NCBI RefSeq assembly: GCF_000021865.1 | Contig: NC_014034.1 | Span: forward strand, 390,001 to 422,000 | DNA from: Rhodobacter capsulatus SB 1003 | GTDB taxonomy: Bacteria; Pseudomonadota; Alphaproteobacteria; Rhodobacterales; Rhodobacteraceae | DNA: 32,000 nt | Direction: 5' to 3' | In this document: piece by piece, positions 1 to 7,518 of the stretch | Layout of the letters: each line of letters opens with the position of its first letter | Numbering within the stretch: the stretch's first letter is position 1 | Translations under genes and position numbers: made by a program | The notes under the pieces: generated by a model | Databases searched by the model: none | Told to the model about the DNA's origin: nothing | Seen by the model: only the letters and a program-made list of their open reading frames with translations

Positions 1-684
1 GCCGCGCGGGAACAGCTCGCGGAAGATCACCCGTTCCGAAAACCCGGGCGCGACGCGAAAGCCGATGCGTTTCGACAGCTGCTCCAAGGCCTCGCCGACC
101 TTGCGCTTGTTATGCGCCTGCTGCGAGCTCATCCGGTTGCGCAGCACCAGCCAGTCGATCGGCTTCAGCCCCGCCCGCGCCCGCAGCTGCCGCGCCGACC
201 AGACCATTTCCGAATAGATCGAGGGGCCGGTGACCTTGGAGGTCTCGGGGTCGATCCGGGCAAGCAGGTCGAAATCGATGAAACTGTCATTGAGCGGCGT
301 GATCAGCGTGTCGGCCAGCGAATGCGCCACCTGGCTGAGGCGGGTATGCGAACCGGGGCAGTCGATCACCACGAAATCGCAGACCGGGTCCAGCTCGGCC
401 ACGACCGAGGACAGCCGGTGGTCATAGGGGTTTTCGCCGGGGGCAAGCGTCGCGGCATCGGCCTCGGGCAGTTCGCGGTATTCGGGCGAGGGCAGGTCCA
501 GCCCCTCGCGCGCCAGGAAGGCCAGCCGGTTCTCGACATAACGGCCGAAGCTGCGCTGCCGCAGGTCGAGATCGAGCGCGCCGACCTTCTTGCCCATGCG
601 CGCCAGAGCGGTGGCCACATGCATGCAGGTGGTGGATTTGCCCGAGCCGCCCTTTTCATTGCCGACAACGATGATATGCGCCAC
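1..684 (-). CDS. mipZ: MipZ/ParA-type P-loop ATPase, partial (3' end lies outside the window)
   Basis: Absent from the ORF track because it runs off the window edge. Read by hand on the minus strand from GTG at 684: (M)AHIIVVGNEKGGSGKSTTCMHVATALARMGKKVGALDLDLRQRSFGRYVENR...VIDCPGSHTRLSQVAHSLADTLITPLNDSFIDFDLL..., open for 228 codons to position 1. The deviant Walker A (GNEKGGSGKST) and DLDLRQRS are characteristic of MipZ-like ParA ATPases. The 112..789 (+) ORF is its antisense shadow. Confidence 0.8.
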   Translation of the reverse strand, partial: MAHIIVVGNEKGGSGKSTTCMHVATALARMGKKVGALDLDLRQRSFGRYVENRLAFLAREGLDLPSPEYRELPEADAATLAPGENPYDHRLSSVVAELDPVCDFVVIDCPGSHTRLSQVAHSLADTLITPLNDSFIDFDLLARIDPETSKVTGPSIYSEMVWSARQLRARAGLKPIDWLVLRNRMSSQQAHNKRKVGEALEQLSKRIGFRVAPGFSERVIFRELFPRG

Positions 685-804
685 GAATCCACCCCGTCTT
701 GCGGCCCTCAGACGGCCCGCGCGTTTATAGGACGCTCCGGCTACCGAAGGAAGCGCGCCGGTGCAAGGGGGGAGGCGCAAAGGGTTTGAACGGTCGCGGG
801 GGTG

Positions 805-900
805 TTTCGCCTCGGGCAAGCCCGAGGCGACCCGCGGGGGGCTTCGCCCCCCGCACCCCCCCAGCGTATTTTGCCAAGGAAAAGGGGGGCGGAGCCCCCT
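805..900 (+). repeat. Intergenic mosaic repeat, copy A: hairpin 1, hairpin 2, degenerate GTATTT box and an extra hairpin
   Basis: Hairpin 1 is TCGCCTCGGG-caag-CCCGAGGCGA (807-830). Hairpin 2 is GCGGGGGG-cttcg-CCCCCCGC (834-854). The box is CCCCCCAGCGTATTTTGCCAAGGAAAAGG (857-885). This aligns by hand over about 78 nt with the reverse complement of 2419-2494. The extra hairpin AGGGGG-gcggag-CCCCCT lies at 883-900. The 15-mer GGGGGCGGAGCCCCC (885-899) recurs identically at 2449-2463. Confidence 0.6.
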
Positions 901-921
901 CTGGCGGTCGGGTGGCGCCGC

Positions 922-952
922 GCAAACAAAAGGGCGCCCGAAGGCGCCCTTT
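922..952 (-). terminator. Rho-independent terminator downstream of rpmE
   Basis: On the minus strand: stem AGGGCGCC, loop ttcg, stem GGCGCCCT (950..931), followed directly by TTTTGTTTG. It starts about 20 nt after the rpmE stop codon (973). Confidence 0.75.
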
Positions 953-972
953 CGCAACAGTCACGCGGCAGC

Positions 973-1194
973 TCAGAAACCGAGGCCGGCGTATTTGTTC
1001 TTGAACTTCGACACGCGGCCGCCGGTGTCCATCAGCTTGGCCGAACCGCCGGTCCAGGCCGGGTGCGCCAGCGGATCGATGTCGAGCGCCATCGTATCGC
1101 CTTCCTTGCCCCAGGTGGACTTGGTCAGATATTCCGAGCCGTCGGTCATCTTGACGGTGATGAAGTGGTAATTCGGGTGGGTATCGGCTTTCAT
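973..1194 (-). CDS. rpmE: 50S ribosomal protein L31 (Cys-less type)
   Basis: This is the C-terminal 73 aa of track ORF 973..1704: [50 protein letters not shown]...[14 protein letters not shown]. The ATG at 1194 was confirmed in the sequence and lies 11 nt after the rplS stop. Confidence 0.95.
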   Translation of the reverse strand: MKADTHPNYHFITVKMTDGSEYLTKSTWGKEGDTMALDIDPLAHPAWTGGSAKLMDTGGRVSKFKNKYAGLGF

Positions 1195-1205
1195 CGTCCC
1201 GCTCC

Positions 1206-1580
1206 TTATTCGGCTTTGGCTTTGTAGTTGGTGACTTCGGCGATCCGAGCCGATTTGCCGCGACGCGAACGCAGGTAGTAGAGTTTCGCACGACGGACGC
1301 GACCGCGACGCACCACTTCGATGCTGTCGATGTTGGTCGAGTAGAGCGGGAACACCCGTTCCACGCCTTCGCCGAACGAGATCTTGCGCACGGTGAACGA
1401 GGCCGCGATGGTCGAGCCGCCCTTGCGGGCGATGCAGACGCCTTCGTACATCTGCACGCGCGAGCGGGTGCCTTCGGTCACCTTGTAGCCGACGCGCACG
1501 GTGTCGCCAGCCTTGAAGTCGGGGATGGTCTTGCCGAGGGCGGCGATCTGTTCCGCCTCGAGTTGCGCGATAAGGTTCAT
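1206..1580 (-). CDS. rplS: 50S ribosomal protein L19
   Basis: 124-aa ORF: [13 protein letters not shown]...[12 protein letters not shown]...[20 protein letters not shown]...[43 protein letters not shown]. This is a canonical L19 sequence. Confidence 0.97.
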   Translation of the reverse strand: MNLIAQLEAEQIAALGKTIPDFKAGDTVRVGYKVTEGTRSRVQMYEGVCIARKGGSTIAASFTVRKISFGEGVERVFPLYSTNIDSIEVVRRGRVRRAKLYYLRSRRGKSARIAEVTNYKAKAE

Positions 1581-1845
1581 CGCAAATCCTTTCGTTGCTT
1601 GCGGTTATGTCCGCAAAGGTGTCGCCGCCCGAGAGCTCCGGTCTTCGCCCGGGTCCGCGCCTGTTGCCAGGGGCGCCCGCCGGAGGATCGTTCGTCCTGT
1701 TCAAGCCCCGTCCAAGGCCCCATGCTGTGGTCGAAGAAGACCGCCGCAGGCAAAGGAAAAGGGTCCGAGAGCCGATTCCGGCCCGGACCAGCGCGGCATA
1801 CGGGGAAACGGGCGGCGGATCAAGGGGGAAGTGGGGCGGGCGCGC

Positions 1846-2352
1846 TCATGTCCTCTCCTTCAGCCAGCGGCGCAGCCGCCCGCGCGCATTGGCGTAAGGC
1901 GAGGCCGAGTTGAAATGGATCATCCGGCCTTTCGTCCATTTGCCATACCACAGCCGCCCGTAAAGCTCCTCCTCCGACCGCGCCGCCACCGCGTGTATCA
2001 GTCCGGCTTGCGCCACGGAGAGGCGTTCCAGCAGCTTCGGCCAGTCCAGAGCGTGATGATCGCGGTAGAATTTCTGCGCCAAAGCGCCCAGCTGGTTCCA
2101 TTGAAAGCCGGTTTCGGGGAAATCGACCGTCTCGCCGCGGTCATCCCGGTCGAGCCATTTCAGAACAAGCTCGTTCCAGCCGATCAGATAGCTCACCAGA
2201 TCCGCCGGAGAGATCACCGATCCGGCAACATGGCCCGTCATCGACAGCTCTCGCGCCCGCTCCGGCGGAACCCTCTCGCAATCCTGCATCAGCTTGTCGA
2301 AGCTTGTCGCAATGGCGCTCAGCAACTCGGCTTTTGATCCGGGGACGGCCAT
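1846..2352 (-). CDS. ClbS/DfsB-family (DUF1706) four-helix-bundle protein
   Basis: Track ORF 1846..2433 trimmed to the ATG at 2352, which is preceded by the strong RBS AAGGAGGG (gacaaggagggatttccgATG). The 168-aa product begins MAVPGSKAELLSAIATSFDKLMQDCERVP and continues ...LVSYLIGWNELVLKW...FYRDH...LYGRLWYGKWTKGRMIHFNSASPYANARGRLRRWLK. Length and pattern fit the ClbS/DfsB family. Confidence 0.8.
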   Translation of the reverse strand: MAVPGSKAELLSAIATSFDKLMQDCERVPPERARELSMTGHVAGSVISPADLVSYLIGWNELVLKWLDRDDRGETVDFPETGFQWNQLGALAQKFYRDHHALDWPKLLERLSVAQAGLIHAVAARSEEELYGRLWYGKWTKGRMIHFNSASPYANARGRLRRWLKERT

Positions 2353-2418
2353 CGGAAATCCCTCCTTGTCACCGCGCAAGACTATGCGGCCCAAACCGGA
2401 GGGACAATGGCAGGCCAT

Positions 2419-2494
2419 TTCATCTTGCCTCAAATATCCCGGGGGTCCGGGGGCGGAGCCCCCGGCGGGTCGCCTCGGCGCAGCCGAGGCGAAA
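2419..2494 (-). repeat. Intergenic mosaic repeat, copy B (reverse orientation): box, hairpin 2 and hairpin 1
   Basis: The reverse complement reads TTTCGCCTCGG-ctgcg-CCGAGGCGA CCCG CCGGGGG-ctccg-CCCCCGG ACCCCCGGGATATTTGAGGCAAGATGAA. Hairpin 1 abuts the trmD stop codon (2495-2497). It fills most of the 142-nt trmD/ClbS-like spacer. Confidence 0.7.
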
Positions 2495-3388
2495 TCACTT
2501 GCCGAACTTCTCCCACAAATCCGGCCGCCGGTCCCGCGTCAAAGCTTCGCTCTGCGCTCGCCGCCATTCGGCGATCTTCTTGTGATTGCCCGACATCAGC
2601 ACCTCGGGGATGGCGCGGCCGTGCCACTCGGCAGGCCGCGTATATTGCGGATGTTCCAGAAGCCCGTTCGAATGGCTTTCCTCGGTGGCGCTTTCCGCAT
2701 TGCCCAGCACCCCCTCGCGCAGCCGCACCGTGGCGTCGATCACCACCTGCGCCGCGATCTCGCCGCCGGTCAGAACGAAATCGCCGATCGAGACCTCTTC
2801 GACCCCGTAAGCCTCCAGCACCCGCTCATCCACGCCCTCGAACCGCCCGCAGAGGATCGTCACCCCCTGCGCCGCCGCCAGACGCCGGGCGTGGCCTTGC
2901 GTGAAGGGCTTGCCGCGGGGCGACATGTAGATCACCGGCCAGTCGGCGCGGCTGGCGGGCGTGCCCGCGGCGGCATGATCGAGCGCCGCCGCCACCACAT
3001 CGGCGCGCAGCACCATCCCGGCGCCGCCGCCCGCGGGCGTGTCATCGACGTTGCGATGCTTGCCGAGACCAAAGGGCCGCAGATCGATGGTTTCGAGCCG
3101 CCACAGCCCGGCGTCCTGCGCCTTGCCGGTCAGGCTCAGCCCCAGAACACCCGGAAAAGCCTCGGGGAACAGCGTCACGATCTTCGCCGTCCAGACCCCC
3201 GCGACGGCCTCGACCTCCGCCATCAGATCGCGCGGCCTCACCTTGCCCGAAAGCGCGGTCACCACCGCCCGCCGCCCGTGCGAGCGCGCGGGCGCGACCT
3301 CGGGCGTCTCGGCCTCGACCAGTTCCGCCGTCGTCAGCTTCAGCGCGCCCTTGCGCGGCGGCGGCGGGGTGTCTTCGGGATCGCTCAT
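2495..3388 (-). CDS. trmD: tRNA (guanine37-N1)-methyltransferase TrmD with a roughly 65-aa N-terminal extension
   Basis: 297-aa ORF. The TrmD core is recognisable from about residue 66: AKIVTLFPEAFPGVLG...GKHRNVDDTPAGGGAGMVL...VIYMSPRGKPF...ILCGRFEGVDERV...EVSIGDFVLTGGE...ESHSNGLLEHPQYTRP...VLMSGNHKKIAEWR. The ATG at 3388 overlaps the upstream stop (ATGA). An alternative internal start is the ATG at 3223 (M56). Confidence 0.93.
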   Translation of the reverse strand: MSDPEDTPPPPRKGALKLTTAELVEAETPEVAPARSHGRRAVVTALSGKVRPRDLMAEVEAVAGVWTAKIVTLFPEAFPGVLGLSLTGKAQDAGLWRLETIDLRPFGLGKHRNVDDTPAGGGAGMVLRADVVAAALDHAAAGTPASRADWPVIYMSPRGKPFTQGHARRLAAAQGVTILCGRFEGVDERVLEAYGVEEVSIGDFVLTGGEIAAQVVIDATVRLREGVLGNAESATEESHSNGLLEHPQYTRPAEWHGRAIPEVLMSGNHKKIAEWRRAQSEALTRDRRPDLWEKFGK

Positions 3389-4200
3389 GCCTCGTCCTCT
3401 TCGCTTGTCCTGTCCTGGCCCGCTTCGGCCAGAAGCGCCCGTTTCGCCGCGGCCAGTGCGGCCTCGCCCAAGCCCTGACGGTTCAGCGCCAAAAGCGCCT
3501 CGGTCACCGCGCGCGGCGGCGCGACGTTGCGGCGAGAGACCGGCCGGAGCGCGGCACGTTGATCCGGCCTCAGCCCCAGAAAATCGAGAAACGGCTGCCC
3601 GGCGCCAAAGGGCAGGCCGTCAAAGCCCGAGACATCCTGCGTCACCAGCCGCAGGCCGGCCGGATCGCGGCGCAAAAGGTCGATCTGCTCGGCCTGCGAG
3701 ATCCGGGTCATCCGGCTGCGGAAGGTCTCCAGATCCTCGAGGAAGGGGATCGGCTGATCCTTGCGCACGTGATGCGCCCAAAGGCTTTCCACCCAGGGAT
3801 CCTGCGCGCGGGTGGAAAGATAGGGCGTCACCTCGACCGGCCAGTCGAAGTGGTCGAACCCCGCGATCAGCGCGCGCAGGATCGCCGCCGCATCGGGATA
3901 GGGGGCAGGCGTCAGTCCCCGCGGCATCGGGCCGAGCAGGTTTTCCGACGAAATCACGATCCGCCGTTTCGGCCCCAGAACCAGCGTGCCCAGAAAATCC
4001 CGCATCGCCGCCGTGATCGCCGCCAGAGAGCCCGCATCGCGGTCATAATGATGCGCAAAGACCGCCTGTTCCACCGCGCGGATCCGGCCGGGCAGAACCA
4101 AAGCCGCCCGCGGCCAGACAAGTTCGCGGTTTTCCTGCAGGAAAAGCTGTGCCGAGGAGGTCCCGGTCTTGTGCAAGCCGAGATGCAGGAAGACCTGCAT
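3385..4200 (-). CDS. Hypothetical P-loop protein, possibly with a sulfotransferase-like fold, embedded between rimM and trmD
   Basis: The track ORF 3385..4203 starts at a TTG. The ATG at 4200 gives 271 aa beginning [20 protein letters not shown]. The HxGxHKTGTS motif resembles the PAPS-binding loop of sulfotransferase-type P-loop proteins, but this assignment is weak. Third-position GC is high throughout. It overlaps the rimM stop (TGATG) and the trmD start (ATGA). Confidence 0.75.
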   Translation of the reverse strand: MQVFLHLGLHKTGTSSAQLFLQENRELVWPRAALVLPGRIRAVEQAVFAHHYDRDAGSLAAITAAMRDFLGTLVLGPKRRIVISSENLLGPMPRGLTPAPYPDAAAILRALIAGFDHFDWPVEVTPYLSTRAQDPWVESLWAHHVRKDQPIPFLEDLETFRSRMTRISQAEQIDLLRRDPAGLRLVTQDVSGFDGLPFGAGQPFLDFLGLRPDQRAALRPVSRRNVAPPRAVTEALLALNRQGLGEAALAAAKRALLAEAGQDRTSEEDEA

Positions 4201-4709
4201 CAATCCAGTTCCTCGGGCGGGTCGGCGATGATGCGCCCCGCGGTCAGATCGACGGTGGGCACGACGGCGCGGGTGAAGGGCAGCATCAGCGTCGTCTTGC
4301 GGCCCGGCACATGCACCTCGAGGATGTCGCCCGCGCCGAAATCGAGCACGGCGCGGACGGTGCCGATCAGCGCGCCGCCGGTGTCCTGCACCGGCAGGCC
4401 GATCAGATCGGCGTGGTAAAACTCGTCATCGGGCAGATGCGGCAGCCGGTCCCGATCCGCCCAGAGCGTCGCGCCTTTCAGCGCGTCGGCCTCTTCCTTG
4501 GTGGCGATGCCGGAAAGCCGCGCCCCCAGACCGCCCGTCACCGGACGGGTCAGCCTGACGGTGAAGCTGCGGGTGCCGTCTTCGGAATAAAGCGGGCCAT
4601 AGGCGGCGATGTCCTCGGGCGTGGCGCAGAAGCTTTTCAGCCGCACTTCGCCCTTGACGCCGAAGCCCCCGGCGATGGCGCCGACGCAGACACGATCGGT
4701 TTTCGACAT
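4200..4709 (-). CDS. rimM: 16S rRNA processing protein RimM
   Basis: Track ORF 4200..4739 trimmed to the ATG at 4709, preceded by a GGAGGG RBS (ccggagggatcATG). The 169-aa product reads [27 protein letters not shown]...[14 protein letters not shown]...[17 protein letters not shown]. These are the typical RimM N-terminal and PRC-barrel signatures. Confidence 0.92.
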   Translation of the reverse strand: MSKTDRVCVGAIAGGFGVKGEVRLKSFCATPEDIAAYGPLYSEDGTRSFTVRLTRPVTGGLGARLSGIATKEEADALKGATLWADRDRLPHLPDDEFYHADLIGLPVQDTGGALIGTVRAVLDFGAGDILEVHVPGRKTTLMLPFTRAVVPTVDLTAGRIIADPPEELD

Positions 4710-4783
4710 GATCCCTCCGGAAGACGACAGGCCGGACATCGCTGCCCGGCCCGCATGAAACCCCGAAACCGGGAGAGCGAAGA

Positions 4784-5134
4784 TTATTCTTCGGTCTTGG
4801 CGGCCTTGGCGGCTTTTTCCTCGGCGCGTTTCTTGGCTTTCGCGCCCGGCTCGGCTTTTTTCATGTTGGCGCGTTCGGTTTTCGGCATCGCACCGGCCGC
4901 TTCCAGGAAGCGGGCGACGCGGTCGGTCGGCTGCGCGCCCTGGGCGAGCCAGTATTGCACGCGCTCCATGTTCATCTTGACGCGGTCTTCGCTGTCCTTG
5001 GCCAGAAGCGGGTTGTAGGTGCCCAGCTTTTCCAGGAAGCGGCCGTCGCGCGGCATACGCGAATCGGACGCGACGATCGCGTAATGCGGACGTTTCTTGG
5101 AACCGCCACGGGCGAGACGGATTTTCATGGCCAT
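4784..5134 (-). CDS. rpsP: 30S ribosomal protein S16
   Basis: 116 aa: [44 protein letters not shown]...[15 protein letters not shown], with a Lys/Ala/Glu-rich tail. There is an AAGGAG RBS upstream of the ATG at 5134. Confidence 0.97.
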   Translation of the reverse strand: MAMKIRLARGGSKKRPHYAIVASDSRMPRDGRFLEKLGTYNPLLAKDSEDRVKMNMERVQYWLAQGAQPTDRVARFLEAAGAMPKTERANMKKAEPGAKAKKRAEEKAAKAAKTEE

Positions 5135-5178
5135 GCTATTTCTCCTTCAGATGGCTGTGAGCGGGCCTTGCGGGCCCA

Positions 5179-5475
5179 TCATTTCTGGAACGACGTGTGA
5201 TGCCGGATCACTTCCGAAATCACGAAAGACAGGAATTTGCGGGCGAATTCGGGGTCAAGATCGGCCTCGGTCGCCAGTTGTTGCAGACGTTCGATCTGCT
5301 GCGCCTCGCGTGCGGGGTCAGAGGGCGGCAGGTCATGTTCGGCCTTGAGCTTGCCCACCGCCTGGGTGCGCTTGAACCGTTCGGCCAGCGTGTAGACGAT
5401 GATCGCATCCAGCCGGTCGATCGAGGCGCGGTGTTCGCGCAGCACTTCGGCGGCGCGGGCGGTGGCATCGCTCAT
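5179..5475 (-). CDS. Monofunctional chorismate mutase (AroQ class)
   Basis: 98 aa: LREHRASIDRLDAIIVYTLAERFKRTQAVGKLKAEHDLPPSDPAREAQQIERL...DPEFARKFLSFVISEVIRHH. The helical AroQ pattern is clear. Its start overlaps the upstream stop (ATGA, 5472-5475). Confidence 0.85.
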   Translation of the reverse strand: MSDATARAAEVLREHRASIDRLDAIIVYTLAERFKRTQAVGKLKAEHDLPPSDPAREAQQIERLQQLATEADLDPEFARKFLSFVISEVIRHHTSFQK

Positions 5476-6008
5476 GCCAGATCCTCCGGTTTGCGGTGGC
5501 GATAGACACAGGCCGGTTTTTCCCCGGGATATCCGGGGGCTTCGGGGTCAAGGACGGCGCCCAGACGCTCCGCCAGACGGATCGAGCGGATATTGTCGGG
5601 GGGGATGTAGCTGACCGCGGTCGACCACTTCAGGGTGCGGGACGCGTGATCGAGCGTGGCTTTCGCCGCCTCGGTCATCAGGCCCTTGCCCTCGTGCTCG
5701 TCCGACCAGAGCGTCCAGCCGATTTCATATTCCGGCCAGTTGATCGGCGCCCAGGGGCCGGTCATGCCAAGGGCCGCGTCGCTGTCATGGGTGGTGACGA
5801 CGAAGCTGCCCCAGCCGCGCATCACCCAATGGCCGATCACGCCCGACCAGGCCCGCCAGGCCAGCGCCTCGTCGACCGTTTCGGGGCGGATGAAGCGGCT
5901 GCGGTCGGACAGGAAGAACTTCCGCCAGGCAGCGAAATCCCGCCCGCCGGGCGCGCGCAGCACCAGACGGGAGGTCTCGATCACCGGCGTGGGGGAAAGG
6001 GCGACCAT
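5472..6008 (-). CDS. GNAT-family N-acetyltransferase (RimJ/RimL-like)
   Basis: 178 aa: IETSRLVLRAP...WGSFVVT...EIGWTLWSDEHEGKGLMTEAAKATLDHA...LKWSTAVSYIPPDNIRSIRLAERLG. This is the GNAT acetyl-CoA fold pattern. The ATG at 6008 lies 1 nt after the ffh TAA stop. Confidence 0.85.
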   Translation of the reverse strand: MVALSPTPVIETSRLVLRAPGGRDFAAWRKFFLSDRSRFIRPETVDEALAWRAWSGVIGHWVMRGWGSFVVTTHDSDAALGMTGPWAPINWPEYEIGWTLWSDEHEGKGLMTEAAKATLDHASRTLKWSTAVSYIPPDNIRSIRLAERLGAVLDPEAPGYPGEKPACVYRHRKPEDLA

Positions 6009-6009
6009 G

Positions 6010-7518
6010 TTACTTCTTCTTGCCCATGTTCAGACCGGCAAGGCCCGGCGGCAGTTTCAGCCCGCCCAAGCCCGGCATCGCCCCCGGCAGACCCTTCATC
6101 GAGGCCATCGCCTTGGCGGCTTCCTCCATCTTCGCCGGGTCCATCTCGTCCTTGCCGGGCAGGCCGCCGAACTTGCCCTGCATCGCGGCCATCGCCTGTT
6201 TCAGCATGCCGCCCTTCATGTTGCCCAGCTTCTTCATCGTGTCGGCCATCTGCCGGTGCATCTTCAAAAGCTTGTTCAGATCGGCGACATCGACGCCCGC
6301 CCCCGCCGCCACGCGGCGCTTGCGGCTGGCCTGCAACAGCTCGGGATGCGCGCGTTCCTTTTTCGTCATCGAATTGATCATCGCGATCTGACGGCGGATG
6401 GTGCGATCGTCGAACCCGGCTTCCTCGGCCTGTTTCGCCATCTTGCCCATGCCGGGCATCATGCTCATCACGCCCTGCATGCCGCCCATCTTCTGCATCT
6501 GCTCGAGCTGGGATTTCATGTCGTTGAGGTTGAAAAGGCCCTTCTGGAACCGGCGCATCATGCGCTCGGCCTGTTCCTTTTCAAAGACTTCCTGCGCCCG
6601 CTCGACCAGCGCGACGATGTCGCCCATGCCCAGGATGCGGCCCGCGATCCGCGACGCCTCAAAGGTTTCAAGCGCATCCATCTTTTCGCCCAGACCGACG
6701 AAGCGGATCGGCTTGCCGGTGGTGGCGCGCATCGACAGCGCCGCACCGCCGCGGCCGTCGCCGTCCATCCGGGTCAGGACGACGCCGGTGATGCCGATCT
6801 TGTCGTCGAATTCCTGCGCCACTTCGACGGCGACCTGACCGGTCAGACCGTCAACGACCAGCAGCGTCTCGCGCGGGGAGACGGCGTCGCGGACCTGCTG
6901 CACCTCGCCCATCAGCACTTCGTCGATGTGCAGACGGCCCGCGGTATCGAGCAGATAGACGTCATAGCCGCCCATCGCGGCCTGGGTCTTGGCCCGTTTG
7001 GCGATCTGCACGGCGGTTTCGCCGGGCACGATCGGCAGCGTGTCGACGCCGATCTGCGTGCCGAGAATCGCCAGCTGCTCCATCGCGGCCGGGCGGTAGA
7101 TGTCGAGGGACGCCATCAGGACGCGTTTCTTTTCGCGTTCCTTCAGGCGGCGGGCGAGTTTCGCGGTGGTGGTGGTCTTGCCGCCGCCCTGCAGGCCGAC
7201 CATCAGGATCGGCGCGGGCGGGTTGTCGATCTTCAGCGCATCGGCGGCATCCTCGCCCGACAGCATCGCGACGATCTCGTCATGGACGATCTTGACGACC
7301 TGCTGACCCGGGGTGATCGATTTCGTCACCTGCGCGCCGGTGGCCTTGGTCTCGACCTTCTTCACGAAGTCCCGCACCACGGGCAGCGAGACGTCAGCTT
7401 CCAGAAGGGCGGTGCGGACTTCGCGCATCGCCACCTTGACGTCCTCGGCCGTCAGCGCGCCCTGTTTCGTCAGCCGCTCGAACACCCCGCCAAGGCGTTC
7501 GGAAAGAGACTCGAACAT
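6010..7518 (-). CDS. ffh: Signal recognition particle protein Ffh
   Basis: 502 aa: MFESLSERLGGVFERL...LLEADV...GLQGGGKTTTTAKLA...DTAGRLH...TRMDGDGRGGAALS, with a Met-rich M domain (MQKMGGMQGVMSMMPGMGKM). There is an AGGAGGG RBS upstream. Confidence 0.98.
   Translation of the reverse strand: MFESLSERLGGVFERLTKQGALTAEDVKVAMREVRTALLEADVSLPVVRDFVKKVETKATGAQVTKSITPGQQVVKIVHDEIVAMLSGEDAADALKIDNPPAPILMVGLQGGGKTTTTAKLARRLKEREKKRVLMASLDIYRPAAMEQLAILGTQIGVDTLPIVPGETAVQIAKRAKTQAAMGGYDVYLLDTAGRLHIDEVLMGEVQQVRDAVSPRETLLVVDGLTGQVAVEVAQEFDDKIGITGVVLTRMDGDGRGGAALSMRATTGKPIRFVGLGEKMDALETFEASRIAGRILGMGDIVALVERAQEVFEKEQAERMMRRFQKGLFNLNDMKSQLEQMQKMGGMQGVMSMMPGMGKMAKQAEEAGFDDRTIRRQIAMINSMTKKERAHPELLQASRKRRVAAGAGVDVADLNKLLKMHRQMADTMKKLGNMKGGMLKQAMAAMQGKFGGLPGKDEMDPAKMEEAAKAMASMKGLPGAMPGLGGLKLPPGLAGLNMGKKK

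Noticed and set aside
112-789. A 225-aa plus-strand ORF at the left edge of the window.
   Set aside because: The opposite strand encodes an unambiguous MipZ/ParA ATPase (GNEKGGSGKST, DLDLRQRS). The plus-strand product is Arg/Gln/Gly-rich with no motif.
2407-2470. A recurrent peptide, ILPQISRGSGG, encoded by ORFs at 2407..2904 (+) and 17150..18508 (-), which could suggest a conserved small protein.
   Set aside because: The shared peptide is simply the translation of the conserved nucleotide box of the mosaic repeat (CATCTTGCC.CAAATATCCCGGGGG). The flanking residues are unrelated, and the ORFs otherwise run antisense through real genes.
805-2494. Mosaic-repeat copies A and B are in inverted orientation with their boxes facing inward. 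They bracket rpmE, rplS and the ClbS-like gene, which resembles the terminal inverted repeats of a composite mobile element.
   Set aside because: There is no transposase or integrase in or near the segment. I saw no flanking target-site duplication. Two of the three cargo genes are essential ribosomal protein genes in their conserved operon context. The simpler explanation is independent insertion of a dispersed repeat in two spacers. The repeat next to the ClbS-like gene is still noted in the findings.
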